Assembly (NCBI GenBank): GCA_018303365.1
Contig: JAGVYI010000021.1
Span: forward strand, 1 to 54,838
Source of the DNA: Candidatus Woesearchaeota archaeon
Lineage (GTDB): Archaea; Nanobdellota; Nanobdellia; SCGC-AAA011-G17; JACPNG01
DNA: 54,838 nucleotides
Direction of reading: 5' to 3'
Of this stretch, positions 45,428-54,771 are shown piece by piece. Below the pieces are notes generated by a model. The model was not told the origin of the DNA. It saw nothing but the letters and a program-made list of their open reading frames with translations, and did not search any database. The first letter of the stretch is position 1, and each line of letters begins with the position of its first letter. The position numbers and the translations under genes were made by a program.

Positions 45428-47812
45428 TTACGTTGCTTTTACGACTTTTTCGTTCCCCTTTCTTATTTCCTGTGCTTGTACCACACTTTTGATATCCTCT
45501 AAACAGTCTTTTAACATATTGTAGTTCTCTTCTTTAAGTGTTACTATAACCTTCTGTTTCATAGATACTCCCTGCTCTGCCTTGAATTTCCTTACCTTTG
45601 ATATTATCTTCCTTGCTACTTCCCCTTTCTTTTCTGCATCTTCATCGATTTTTCCTTCTAGGTACCTTGGCCACTGCGCTTTGTGAATACTTTTGCCTTC
45701 TTTCCATCTACAATGCTGGTAAATCTCTTCGGTTATATGTGGCAGAATTGGAGCAAAAAGCTTTATTTGGGTAAGAATGGCTGTATACAGGGTGTACTGC
45801 GCAGATTTCTTTGCTTCTTTTTTTCTTCCATTATTATACAACCTGTCTTTGACAATTTCAAGATAATAATCGCAAAAGATATTCCAGAAGAAGTTATCTA
45901 CTTCTTGGCGTACCTTTGAGTATTCGTACCTTTCAAAATACCCTGTACATTCCCTAACCAACTTTTGTAATTTACTTAGTATCCATCTGTCTAGGATTTC
46001 AAGCTTTTTTGGCTCTTTACCCTCGAACCCTTCCAGATTGTTCATTATGAGCTTTGTTGCATTCCACAGTTTTGTTATTGTCTTTTTTCCGGCTACAAAT
46101 TCCTTTTCCTGAAATGGCATATCCTCACCGAGTTTGACTGATGCTGCCCAGAATCTAGTTATGTCTGCACCATACTTATCTAAGTACCCCCTTGGTTCTA
46201 TTACATTTCCAAGTGATTTAGACATTTTTCTCCCTTTTGGGTCTAAAACCCATCCGGAGATTATTACATCTTGCCATGGGTTTTTGTTGTGATGGAGTTG
46301 ACTTTTTACCATTGTGTTAAATAACCAGAACGATATGATGTCGTGCGCTTGGGGTCTCAAATTCATAGGAAATAGTCTTTTGTGAATTTTCTTTTCTTTG
46401 AGAAGGCTTTGTGCTATCTGGGGCGTTAGTGCGGATGTTGGCCATGTGTCCATAACATCTTTCTCAGGTTCAAACTCCTTTCTCTTACATTTGGGACAAG
46501 GTCTTTTCGGGTTTCTTTCTGTTGGGTCTACAGGTGTTTCATTTTTTTCTGCAATAATTATCTCCCCACAGTTTTTACAGTACCATACTGGAAATGGTAT
46601 TCCAAAATGCCTTTGCCTTGAAATACACCAATCCCACTGGAGCCCTTTAATCCAGTTATCCAACCGGTTTCTCATATGGGCCGGATACCAGTTGAGTTCC
46701 ATTCCATTTTCTAGTAGCCTGTCTTTTAGATCAAGGTATTTAATGAACCATTGTTTGCTTTCTAGAATTTCAATTTCTGTCTTACACCTTTCATGTACAT
46801 TTACTGTGTGCTTTATTGGCTCTTGTTTTGTCAATAACTTTTGTTTTCTGAGATCTTCTATTATTTCTTTTCTTGCTTCCTTTACTTTCTTTCCTGCATA
46901 TTTCCCTGCTTCTTTTGTCAGCTTTCCTTCTTCAGTAATCGCCTTTTTCAACGGCAGCCTGTATGCTTTATACCATTCAATATCTGTCTGGTCCCCAAAG
47001 GTACAACACATGACTAACCCTGTTCCTTTTTCTTTTTCTACCCTATTATCTTCTAGGATCGGTATTTTGTACCTGAATATTGGCACTGTTGCCATTTTTC
47101 CTTTGTAGATTATGTACCGGTGGTCTGTTGGATGGTAGAAGAGTGCAACACATGCAGGAAGTAATTCTGGTCTTGTGGTTGCAATCTTTAATTTGTCTTT
47201 TCCTACTTCGAACTCTATTTCATTAAACGTTGTTTCTTGCTCTTTATCTTCTAAGTCAACCTGTGCAATTGCTGTCCTACATTCAGGGCACCATATTGTT
47301 GGGGCAATTGCCCTGTATTCCCTGTTCTGATAATAAAGGTCTATAAATGATTGCTGAGAAATCTTTTGTACATTCTCTTCTATTGTGGAGTATGTTAATG
47401 ACCAATCACAACTCATTGCTATGTCTTTCCAACCTTTAATGAACTCTGGCCTTATCTCTTTTAGTGTTTTCAGGCAAAGGTTAACAAACTCCGTTCTTGA
47501 CATTTCTTTTGAGCGCACTTTGTTGATTCTTTCAACAAGTTTTTCTGTTGCAAGACCGTTATCATCTGTTCCGAATGGATAGAAAACATTTTTTTGCTGC
47601 ATACGCTGATAACGGGCAACTATATCCTGCTGTGTGTATGATGCTACATGGCCGATATGCATCTTCCCAGATACTGTTGGAGGCGGCGTGTCAATAGCGT
47701 AGATTTCTTTTTTCAGATCTTCTCTGTCAAAATTATAGGTTCCATTCTTTTCCCATTCTTTTTGCCAGTAAGCCTCTCTCTCCTTTATTTCGTAGGAGGG
47801 CGGTAGTTCCAT
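45428..47812 (-). CDS. valS: Valine--tRNA ligase
   Basis: DTPPPTVSGKMHIGH, TTRPELL, GTGLVMCCTFGD, WDWCISRQR, KMSKSLGN. Confidence 0.96.
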   Translation of the reverse strand: MELPPSYEIKEREAYWQKEWEKNGTYNFDREDLKKEIYAIDTPPPTVSGKMHIGHVASYTQQDIVARYQRMQQKNVFYPFGTDDNGLATEKLVERINKVRSKEMSRTEFVNLCLKTLKEIRPEFIKGWKDIAMSCDWSLTYSTIEENVQKISQQSFIDLYYQNREYRAIAPTIWCPECRTAIAQVDLEDKEQETTFNEIEFEVGKDKLKIATTRPELLPACVALFYHPTDHRYIIYKGKMATVPIFRYKIPILEDNRVEKEKGTGLVMCCTFGDQTDIEWYKAYRLPLKKAITEEGKLTKEAGKYAGKKVKEARKEIIEDLRKQKLLTKQEPIKHTVNVHERCKTEIEILESKQWFIKYLDLKDRLLENGMELNWYPAHMRNRLDNWIKGLQWDWCISRQRHFGIPFPVWYCKNCGEIIIAEKNETPVDPTERNPKRPCPKCKRKEFEPEKDVMDTWPTSALTPQIAQSLLKEKKIHKRLFPMNLRPQAHDIISFWLFNTMVKSQLHHNKNPWQDVIISGWVLDPKGRKMSKSLGNVIEPRGYLDKYGADITRFWAASVKLGEDMPFQEKEFVAGKKTITKLWNATKLIMNNLEGFEGKEPKKLEILDRWILSKLQKLVRECTGYFERYEYSKVRQEVDNFFWNIFCDYYLEIVKDRLYNNGRKKEAKKSAQYTLYTAILTQIKLFAPILPHITEEIYQHCRWKEGKSIHKAQWPRYLEGKIDEDAEKKGEVARKIISKVRKFKAEQGVSMKQKVIVTLKEENYNMLKDCLEDIKSVVQAQEIRKGNEKVVKAT

Positions 47813-47901
47813 TGTCTTTACCTTCTGTAGTTGTTTTAAATAGATTGTCCTCTTCTTTTTATAAAAAACTATTTAAAACCGTCTTATGGACTTTTTGCTA
47901 A

Positions 47902-47975
47902 GGGACGGTAGCTCAGCCTGGGAGAGCACATGGCTGAAGACCATGGTGTCGAGGGTTCAAATCCCTCTCGTCCCA
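47902..47975 (+). tRNA. tRNA-Phe(GAA), intronless, CCA not encoded
   Basis: Acceptor GGGACGG/TCGTCCC, D arm GCTC/GAGC, anticodon arm CATGG-CTGAAGA-CCATG, T arm GAGGG-TTCAAAT-CCCTC; upstream TTTAAAA box and downstream T-run. Confidence 0.97.
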
Positions 47976-48033
47976 TTTTTTAGAAATCTTTATATAGCTG
48001 TTTTCTTGTGTATGTTTGAAAAGAGGTTTATCG

Positions 48034-48612
48034 ATGTATTCCCACCATAGGAAAAAGAGAGGTGCACTTGAACTTTCTATTAGTACAATCATCATTGTCG
48101 TGATTGGCATTACTCTTCTTACTCTTGGAATTGTTTTTGTAAAAAATATCTTTGGTAAACTTACCAACCTTTCTGATGATGTCTTTGATACAGCTAATGT
48201 CGAGTTGGGACAGCTTGGTGCAGGTGATGCTCGGCTCAAGGTTCCTACGACTGTGACTGTTAATCAAGGAAAATCTAAGCGATTCGATATTGTAATTGGT
48301 AATGATGGCACCACAACAGGTAGCTCTTTTACCCTTAGGCTCACTAGAAGCGGAAGTGCAGCAACCATCCCTGAAATCCAAGTCCAGGCCCGCATTATTG
48401 TCGGGACAACAGGAAATTCTCATACACTCACAATTTCTCCTGGTAGGACCGCCAAAGTCCCCCTGCAAGTTATAGCCATTTCTACAGCTCCGTTGACAAA
48501 TGGTGCTAATGATCCAGCGTATGCTGTTGAGGTAACTTCTGCTAACGGTGATCCATACGAGACTTCTGCTTTTGTCATCAATGTTGAGAAAGGCGCTGGA
48601 TTTTTCGGATAG
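48034..48612 (+). CDS. Class III signal-peptide (type IV pilin-like) protein with Ig-like domain
   Basis: RKKRG|ALELSISTIIIVVIGITLLTLGIVFV; beta-rich body (IVIGNDG, TISPG). Confidence 0.82.
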   Translation: MYSHHRKKRGALELSISTIIIVVIGITLLTLGIVFVKNIFGKLTNLSDDVFDTANVELGQLGAGDARLKVPTTVTVNQGKSKRFDIVIGNDGTTTGSSFTLRLTRSGSAATIPEIQVQARIIVGTTGNSHTLTISPGRTAKVPLQVIAISTAPLTNGANDPAYAVEVTSANGDPYETSAFVINVEKGAGFFG

Positions 48613-48651
48613 TTGATAAATTTTATATAGCTTACATACTCTTTATTTTTC

Positions 48652-50055
48652 ATGACAATTCGTTTTTACAATACCCTTACTCGTAAAAAACAAGTTTTTC
48701 GTCCACTATCTGATAAGCGAGTTTTGATGTACAATTGTGGACCCACTGTTTATACTTATCCTCATATTGGGAACTACCGCGCTTATGTATTTGCTGACCT
48801 TCTTCGGCGTTACCTTGAGTACAGGGGATTTGGTGTTAAGCAAATTATGAACATCACCGATGTTGATGACAAGACCATTCGAGATTCTAAAAAGGCTGGA
48901 GAGTCTCTGCATGTTTTTACCCGCCGCTTTGAAAAATCTTTTTTTGAAGATATAACTACCCTCAATATTAAGAAGGCTTCTTCTTACCCACGTGCTACTG
49001 AACATATACCTTCAATGGTCAAACTTATTGAAAAACTCCTCTCCATTGGAGTTGCTTATCGTAGCGAGGATAGGAGTGTTTATTATAACATTTCCCGCTT
49101 TGGCTGTTACGGCTGTCTTTCTCGCCTTGATACTTCCAGATTAAAGGCTGGTGCTCGAGTTTCCCAAGATGAGTACGAAAAACAAGAAGCAAAAGATTTT
49201 GCACTTTGGAAAGCTTGGGATAAAGAAGATGGTAATGTTTTCTGGAAAACCTCGCTTGGAAAGGGAAGGCCTGGATGGCATATTGAATGTTCTGCAATGT
49301 CTATGAAACACCTTGGTACGACTATTGATATACATACAGGGGGTATAGACAATATCTTTCCTCACCATGAGAATGAAATTGCCCAAAGCGAAGGTGTAAC
49401 AGGTAAACCCTTTGTTCGTTATTGGCTTCATTGCGGACATTTACTTGTTGATGGGAAGAAAATGAGCAAATCCTTAGGCAATTTCTACACCTTAAGAGAT
49501 GTTCTTTCAAGAGGTTATGATCCTATTGCTATTCGTTACTCTCTTGTTTCAGTTCATTATCGCCAGCCTCTTAATTTCACCTTTGAAGGCCTCAATGCGG
49601 CAACCCAATCTCTTTCTCGTGTGCAAGACTTTATTTTGAGGCTCAAGGAAGTTAAGAATCACTCAGGAGTTCCTGTTAAAAGACAGCTATCTAAGGTTCA
49701 CACCAGATTTGAATCTGCACTTGATGATGACCTAAATATTTCTGTTGCTCTTGCAGCCATATTTTCTTTTATTAGAGAGATTAACTCTCTTTTAGATGAG
49801 CATAAAATATCTAGAAAGTCTGCTAAAGAGGTTTTATCCATGCTTCAACTATTTGATACTGTCTTAGGTGTTCTTTATTTTGACCAAAAACCCCTTCCTT
49901 TGCGACTTCGCAAATTGATTGAAGAGCGAGAGATTGCTAGGGTCGATAAAAGTTATGAAAGGGCTGATGCTCTTAGAAGAAAGCTTCTTGATCAAGGGGT
50001 TGTTTTAGAAGATACTTCCAACGGGGTGAGATGGAAGTGGAAGAAGGATTCATGA
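48652..50055 (+). CDS. cysS: Cysteine--tRNA ligase
   Basis: YNCGPTVY..HIGN, NITDVDDK, DFALWK, GRPGWHIECSAM, FPHHENE, KMSKSLGN. Confidence 0.97.
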   Translation: MTIRFYNTLTRKKQVFRPLSDKRVLMYNCGPTVYTYPHIGNYRAYVFADLLRRYLEYRGFGVKQIMNITDVDDKTIRDSKKAGESLHVFTRRFEKSFFEDITTLNIKKASSYPRATEHIPSMVKLIEKLLSIGVAYRSEDRSVYYNISRFGCYGCLSRLDTSRLKAGARVSQDEYEKQEAKDFALWKAWDKEDGNVFWKTSLGKGRPGWHIECSAMSMKHLGTTIDIHTGGIDNIFPHHENEIAQSEGVTGKPFVRYWLHCGHLLVDGKKMSKSLGNFYTLRDVLSRGYDPIAIRYSLVSVHYRQPLNFTFEGLNAATQSLSRVQDFILRLKEVKNHSGVPVKRQLSKVHTRFESALDDDLNISVALAAIFSFIREINSLLDEHKISRKSAKEVLSMLQLFDTVLGVLYFDQKPLPLRLRKLIEEREIARVDKSYERADALRRKLLDQGVVLEDTSNGVRWKWKKDS

Positions 50056-50123
50056 GTTGCATATTTTTTAATCAATTAACACCAAAAGAAAGGTTTTTAA
50101 ATCCTTAATAAAGTTTATAGTTT

Positions 50124-50564
50124 ATGACCCTTTTTGATGTTTCTGCACAGGAGGTTGTTGAAAAAGCTTCTGTTGAGCTTGAGAAAGTCATTACCGCTCC
50201 ATCTTGGAGTTCCTTTGTTAAAACAGGGGCTGGTAGAGAGCGTCCTCCAGAAAACCTTCAATGGTGGTATTTTCGGGCAGCTTCTGTTCTTCGTAAGATT
50301 TATCTTCATGGGCCTATAGGTGTTTCAAAGCTCAGTATTAAGTATGGAAATAAAAAGAATAGGGGTCATAAACCAGAAAAGTTTTATGCTGGTTCTGGAA
50401 AGGTGCTCCGTACAATTTTACAGCAACTTGAACAGGCAAGCCTTGTTCAACAGGCCCAGAAAGGAGTTCACAAAGGTCGGATTATTACTCCAAAAGGTAA
50501 GAAATTTCTTGACTGCGTCGCTGTAGGTAAACCTGTTCCTTCTTTCCAAAAAAATGAGTCCTGA
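50124..50564 (+). CDS. rps19e: 30S ribosomal protein S19e
   Basis: FVKTG..ERPP..WWYFRAASVLRKIY; LQQLE; GRIITPKG. Confidence 0.96.
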   Translation: MTLFDVSAQEVVEKASVELEKVITAPSWSSFVKTGAGRERPPENLQWWYFRAASVLRKIYLHGPIGVSKLSIKYGNKKNRGHKPEKFYAGSGKVLRTILQQLEQASLVQQAQKGVHKGRIITPKGKKFLDCVAVGKPVPSFQKNES

Positions 50565-50886
50565 TGATATTAGAAAGAAAAAAATTGCTGAACTCCAAGA
50601 ACGCGCTTTGCGTGAGCAGGCACAAGCTGAGCAGGAAGAAGTTCAGTTGCAGCAGCAAATACACCAACTGGAACAAGCGGTTAGACCTTATTTATCAAAA
50701 GATGCCTTGATTCGCTACCATACCCTTAAAACAGCGCATCCTGAGAAGGCAATAAAGGTTCTTGTTAGCCTTTTTCAACTCATCCAGCAAGGTAGCCTTC
50801 GCGAATCCATTACAGATATGCAATTTCGTGACTTTCTTTATCAATTTGACTCTCCCAAGAGGAAGTCTTCTATTAAGCGGGTGTAA
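50554..50886 (+). CDS. PDCD5-family DNA-binding protein
   Basis: IRKKKIAELQ..LSKDALIRY..KTAHPEKA..ITD; canonical position after S19e. Confidence 0.88.
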   Translation: MSPDDIRKKKIAELQERALREQAQAEQEEVQLQQQIHQLEQAVRPYLSKDALIRYHTLKTAHPEKAIKVLVSLFQLIQQGSLRESITDMQFRDFLYQFDSPKRKSSIKRV

Positions 50887-50888
50887 TT

Positions 50889-51002
50889 AACCAAGGCTCT
50901 GTTCTGTTGGTTATCCCGATAAGCTGGCGGATTAAGAAGAAATAGATCCCTCAATGAGGTATCATTAATCAAGTCTTGATTATACGATATTACCCTTAAT
51001 CG
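50889..51002. other. Structured intergenic region (nested inverted repeats), possible ncRNA
   Basis: AACCAA..TTGGTT (50889-50912), TTATC..GATAA, and an outer GATTAAG/CTTAATC (50930-50936/50995-51001) enclosing CCTCA-A-TGAGG and TAATCAAG-T-CTTGATTA. Confidence 0.35.
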
Positions 51003-51036
51003 ATACTCTTTTATATTGGTCTTTTTTGAAATTGTT

Positions 51037-51207
51037 ATGGGTATTAAATGGTTAGCTAAAAAACTTCGTCTTGCAAAACGCAGTCGTCAAACCCGTTGGG
51101 CTCCCTTCTGGACTGTTCCAAAAATTTACGGAAAAGGGCGACGTGTTCATCCTGGCAGACATACAGCTGTCAAACGCCACTGGCGTCGCATCAGGACTAA
51201 GGCTTAA
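51037..51207 (+). CDS. rpl39e: 50S ribosomal protein L39e
   Basis: KKLRLAK..QTRWAPFW..RHWRR; start at ATG 51037. Confidence 0.92.
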   Translation: MGIKWLAKKLRLAKRSRQTRWAPFWTVPKIYGKGRRVHPGRHTAVKRHWRRIRTKA

Positions 51208-51251
51208 TTTCTGTCCATAAATTTTATAAATGGTCTTCTTGCTTTCTTTTT

Positions 51252-51794
51252 ATGGCTTCTCTTGAACGCACTTACATAATTCCTTTGCGTAAGGAATGGC
51301 TTAAGGTACCAATTTATAAACGTAGTCGAAAGGCCATTGTTGCTATTCGTGATTTCTCTCTTAAGCATATGAAGGTTCCAACTGTTAAGATTGGCCGTTT
51401 TCTTAATATGAAGGTTACAGAGAAAGGACGAAAGAGTCCTCCTCCCCGCGTTTACGTGAAGATGTTCAAGTATGAGGATAAGAAAAAAGGCCCCTATGCC
51501 TTTGTTGAGCTTGTGGATGCTCCAATTCCTAAGCTTGATACCGAAAAGAAGAAATCCCTTGTAAGCCGCGTTGGAGAAAAAATTGGTGTCCAGGTTCAGA
51601 AAGATAGCAAAGCTGATGTTGGAAAAGGTACCTCTAGAACACTTACTAAAGAAGAGCAGGATAAAGAGAAACACGAAATCCTTACACATGCTTCTCCTCT
51701 TCAAAAGAAAACTATAAGAGAGACAAAACTTCCAGAGAAAGCCCATTCTCACAGAAAGAGCGAGAAAATTATCGGTGATACCTCAAAAAAGTAG
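51252..51794 (+). CDS. rpl31e: 50S ribosomal protein L31e with long C-terminal extension
   Basis: ERTYIIPLR..KRSRKAI..KHMK..VKI..LN..GRKSPP. Confidence 0.93.
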   Translation: MASLERTYIIPLRKEWLKVPIYKRSRKAIVAIRDFSLKHMKVPTVKIGRFLNMKVTEKGRKSPPPRVYVKMFKYEDKKKGPYAFVELVDAPIPKLDTEKKKSLVSRVGEKIGVQVQKDSKADVGKGTSRTLTKEEQDKEKHEILTHASPLQKKTIRETKLPEKAHSHRKSEKIIGDTSKK

Positions 51795-51824
51795 TTTTTT
51801 AAATCTTCTTTTATATCCTACATT

Positions 51825-52784
51825 ATGAATCGTTATCCTGTCGTTGTTCATTTTGAATCTTCTTCTAACTCGGATTATGGCTGTCATCCTTCTAACCGTC
51901 CTATCTCTACACTTCTTTCTTCTGGAGTAATTTGCCTTAACAAGCCTGCAGGACCGACAAGCCACCAGGTGGCAGATTATGTTAAAAGCATTCTTCACCT
52001 TTCTCGCTGCGGTCATGGGGGTACTTTAGATCCAGGTGTTTCTGGTGTTCTTCCGCTAGCTATTGGCAGCTCAACGAGGATCTTACAGACCCTTCTTCTT
52101 TCTCAAAAGGAATATGTAGGTGTTATGCGACTTCATAAACCAGTACCCCTTCCCCTTCTTCATTCTACTTTTTCCAGTTTTACTGGAAGAATATCTCAAC
52201 TTCCTCCTGTTCGCTCCGCAGTCAAGAGACAACTTCGCCAGCGTACAATATACTCTTTCGGTATCCTTGAAATGTCAGAGAAATATGTCCTTTTTTCTGT
52301 TAGCTGTCAAGCAGGAACTTATGTTCGTAAACTCATTCATGACGTTGGCAAGAGGCTTGGTGTTGGTGCTCATATGCAGGAGCTTGTCAGGACGCGGGCT
52401 GGACCTTTTTTAGATAGGCAATGGGTAAACTTGCACGACCTTGCTGATGCTTATGCTTTTCATAAAGAAGGAGACTCTTCGTTTTTATCTAGGATTATCC
52501 TTCCTTTGGAGTTTGCTGTTTCTCACCTCCGGAGTGTTTGGGTACTTGATAGTGCTGTTGATACACTATGCCATGGTGCCTCTCTTGCTGTGCCGGGTAT
52601 ATCCAAGCTTCATGCAGGTATTCAACATGGAGAAGTTGTTGCCATATTTACACTTAAAGACGAGTTGGTCTGCCTTGGGGAGGCTCTTCTTTCTTCAGAG
52701 GAGATGCTTTCTTCTTCAAGGCGTCTTGCTGTTCGTACAACAAAAGTCTTTCTTGCTAGAGGGACTTATCCAAAGATTACATGA
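51825..52784 (+). CDS. cbf5: RNA-guided pseudouridine synthase Cbf5 (TruB family, PUA domain)
   Basis: NKPAGPTSHQV, GHGGTLDPGVSG, QLPPVRSAVKR, GTYVRKL, GAHMQELVRTR, PUA domain. Confidence 0.96.
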   Translation: MNRYPVVVHFESSSNSDYGCHPSNRPISTLLSSGVICLNKPAGPTSHQVADYVKSILHLSRCGHGGTLDPGVSGVLPLAIGSSTRILQTLLLSQKEYVGVMRLHKPVPLPLLHSTFSSFTGRISQLPPVRSAVKRQLRQRTIYSFGILEMSEKYVLFSVSCQAGTYVRKLIHDVGKRLGVGAHMQELVRTRAGPFLDRQWVNLHDLADAYAFHKEGDSSFLSRIILPLEFAVSHLRSVWVLDSAVDTLCHGASLAVPGISKLHAGIQHGEVVAIFTLKDELVCLGEALLSSEEMLSSSRRLAVRTTKVFLARGTYPKIT

Positions 52785-54771
52785 CTGTTTTACTATATGT
52801 TACTAACCAACATTCTTTATCGTTGATAACTTTTGTAAATTTTCTCAATAGACTTATTATATTGTTTTCATCCACTTTCTTTTCTTGTTTCTGGTCGTAT
52901 TCTGTTGCCTTGTATTCTACTTGTTCGAAAGTTGCATATTCTTTGAGATTCTGCAACGTCTCGAGGCTTTTTGCCAATCTGAATCTGTCCCCCACTTTTT
53001 CAAATATGCCCTTCTTTGTTAGGGATGTTATACTATCATAAATTTGTGAGAACTGTAATCCTGTCTTCTCAAAAAGTTCTGCTGCTTTGAACTCTTTTAA
53101 TGCTAGTGCGGCATCAGCTACTCTTTGCTGCTGCGGGGAAAGCTGCTCCTCATTTACTTCAATTCTCTTACCCTTTCCTTTCTCTATATCTGTTACTATT
53201 TCTTTTGTGTTAAGATTGACAAGGATGTTGAATTTCTCTTTTTCTTTGCTGCAGGTTAGCATCAGACAAGGTATTAGGATTTTTTGAATCTTTCCACCTT
53301 TGCCGTATATCAGTTCAATGTCCTCTTTTGTTATCTTCTGCTCTATGACTGGCAGAAGTTCTTTTTCATTATCTATCTCTTCTTTGCCTTTCTCTTCATC
53401 AAATATATTTACTGTGTAGCCACCGTGACTTGTTTTTCTCGGTCTGATGTCTACTAGGAGGGGCGTATCTACAATTCCAGTGACCCATGCTGTCCCAACT
53501 GGGATATTTTTTATTTCTCTTTCTGCTTCTTGAGTCATTCCTTCTACTGAATTTGCAATTGCTCGCACGTCGTTTGGATTTGTTACTTTAAGAATTATTT
53601 GTGTACTACACTGGCTTAGCACACTTTTATCAACCCTTGATGGTCGTTGAGATACAACCACCAGCCCGATGCCAAACTTTCTGCCTTCTGCTGCAATTTG
53701 TCTGATTATTGATGAAGACTTTGTCTCCTTAAAGCTTCGTTCTGGACAGTAATTATGCGCTTCTTCTGTAACCAAAAAGCATGGTGGGACATTCCCTTTT
53801 TTTCTTTCTTCAAAAAGGTCTTTTATAATCTTGTAGACTATCACCTCCTGTACTTCTTGCGGTGTTCCTTTGAGGTTGATGATTGTTGCAAGCCCCGGCT
53901 GGATTAATTGTGAAATCCTTGTCGGGCTTTCTGAAAAGAGATCTAACTTTTTTATGTATTCGAGAATATTGATGAGTGTCCACTTTGCCGGATTATCTTC
54001 TGCTTCTATTTCAAGAATTATATTATCAATATCTAACACTTCAAGATTTTTTACTGCGGCATAGAGCAGCCCTATTTGCGCATTTGAGAGTTTTGCTGGC
54101 AGGAGGTGTATTATCTCTGTTGGTCCTAGGTTTTTCCCGTTTAGTTTTAGAGGAGTTGCTTCAGGATTTGTCTCTATATCTGGGCTGTACTCTCTTATTT
54201 TCTTTTTATATCCTACTGGGTTTATCCCGAACTCGTCTATTTTTCCTTTATCCTTTTCATTTGGATACTTTAATGAGGTATACTCTCCATGCGGATCTAT
54301 TATTAAGATCGGCACGTTTCTCTCAATAAGTTCCTCTAGAATCACACCTAGTGTGTAAGACTTACCTGCTCCGGTTTTTGCAAGAATGCTCACATGCTTT
54401 GTGAGCATTTTGTTGATATCTATGAAGACTGGAATGTTTCTCCTTCCATTCAACCTTCCAATAAATGCTGCTTTCTTTGTCTTTTCTACACCTAGCGTTC
54501 TTGTAATTGTTGTATCCTCTGCCCTTAATACCTCTGTTTCTGGTTCAAGGGGCACTCTTAACTGATTAAGTCCCTCTTTGTCTCTGTAACCTATTACCTG
54601 ACAGTGAGCTACCTGCCTCTCTTTTTCCTTTTCTATATCTGCTATTTGTCCAAGTACAGTGTATCCTTCCGGGTGCTCTATTTGTACATACTGGAATTTT
54701 TTTGCCTCTCCTGTTACAATGAAACTAAACTGGTTTGTTCCAACCTTTCCTACAATTTTTCCAAGTATCAC
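52777..54771 (-). CDS. HerA-like (DUF87/FtsK-HerA) ATPase with N-terminal HAS barrel and C-terminal extension
   Basis: KHVSILAKTGAGKS, IIDPHGEY, LVTEEAHNYCP, EGRKFGIG, SQRPS; GTG start. Confidence 0.9.
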   Translation of the reverse strand: MILGKIVGKVGTNQFSFIVTGEAKKFQYVQIEHPEGYTVLGQIADIEKEKERQVAHCQVIGYRDKEGLNQLRVPLEPETEVLRAEDTTITRTLGVEKTKKAAFIGRLNGRRNIPVFIDINKMLTKHVSILAKTGAGKSYTLGVILEELIERNVPILIIDPHGEYTSLKYPNEKDKGKIDEFGINPVGYKKKIREYSPDIETNPEATPLKLNGKNLGPTEIIHLLPAKLSNAQIGLLYAAVKNLEVLDIDNIILEIEAEDNPAKWTLINILEYIKKLDLFSESPTRISQLIQPGLATIINLKGTPQEVQEVIVYKIIKDLFEERKKGNVPPCFLVTEEAHNYCPERSFKETKSSSIIRQIAAEGRKFGIGLVVVSQRPSRVDKSVLSQCSTQIILKVTNPNDVRAIANSVEGMTQEAEREIKNIPVGTAWVTGIVDTPLLVDIRPRKTSHGGYTVNIFDEEKGKEEIDNEKELLPVIEQKITKEDIELIYGKGGKIQKILIPCLMLTCSKEKEKFNILVNLNTKEIVTDIEKGKGKRIEVNEEQLSPQQQRVADAALALKEFKAAELFEKTGLQFSQIYDSITSLTKKGIFEKVGDRFRLAKSLETLQNLKEYATFEQVEYKATEYDQKQEKKVDENNIISLLRKFTKVINDKECWLVTYSKTVM

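Noticed and set aside
47913..48468. Minus-strand ORFs 47913-48239 and 48028-48468
   Set aside because: Antisense to tRNA-Phe and the pilin gene.
51204..51752. 182-aa minus-strand ORF
   Set aside because: Antisense shadow of L31e.
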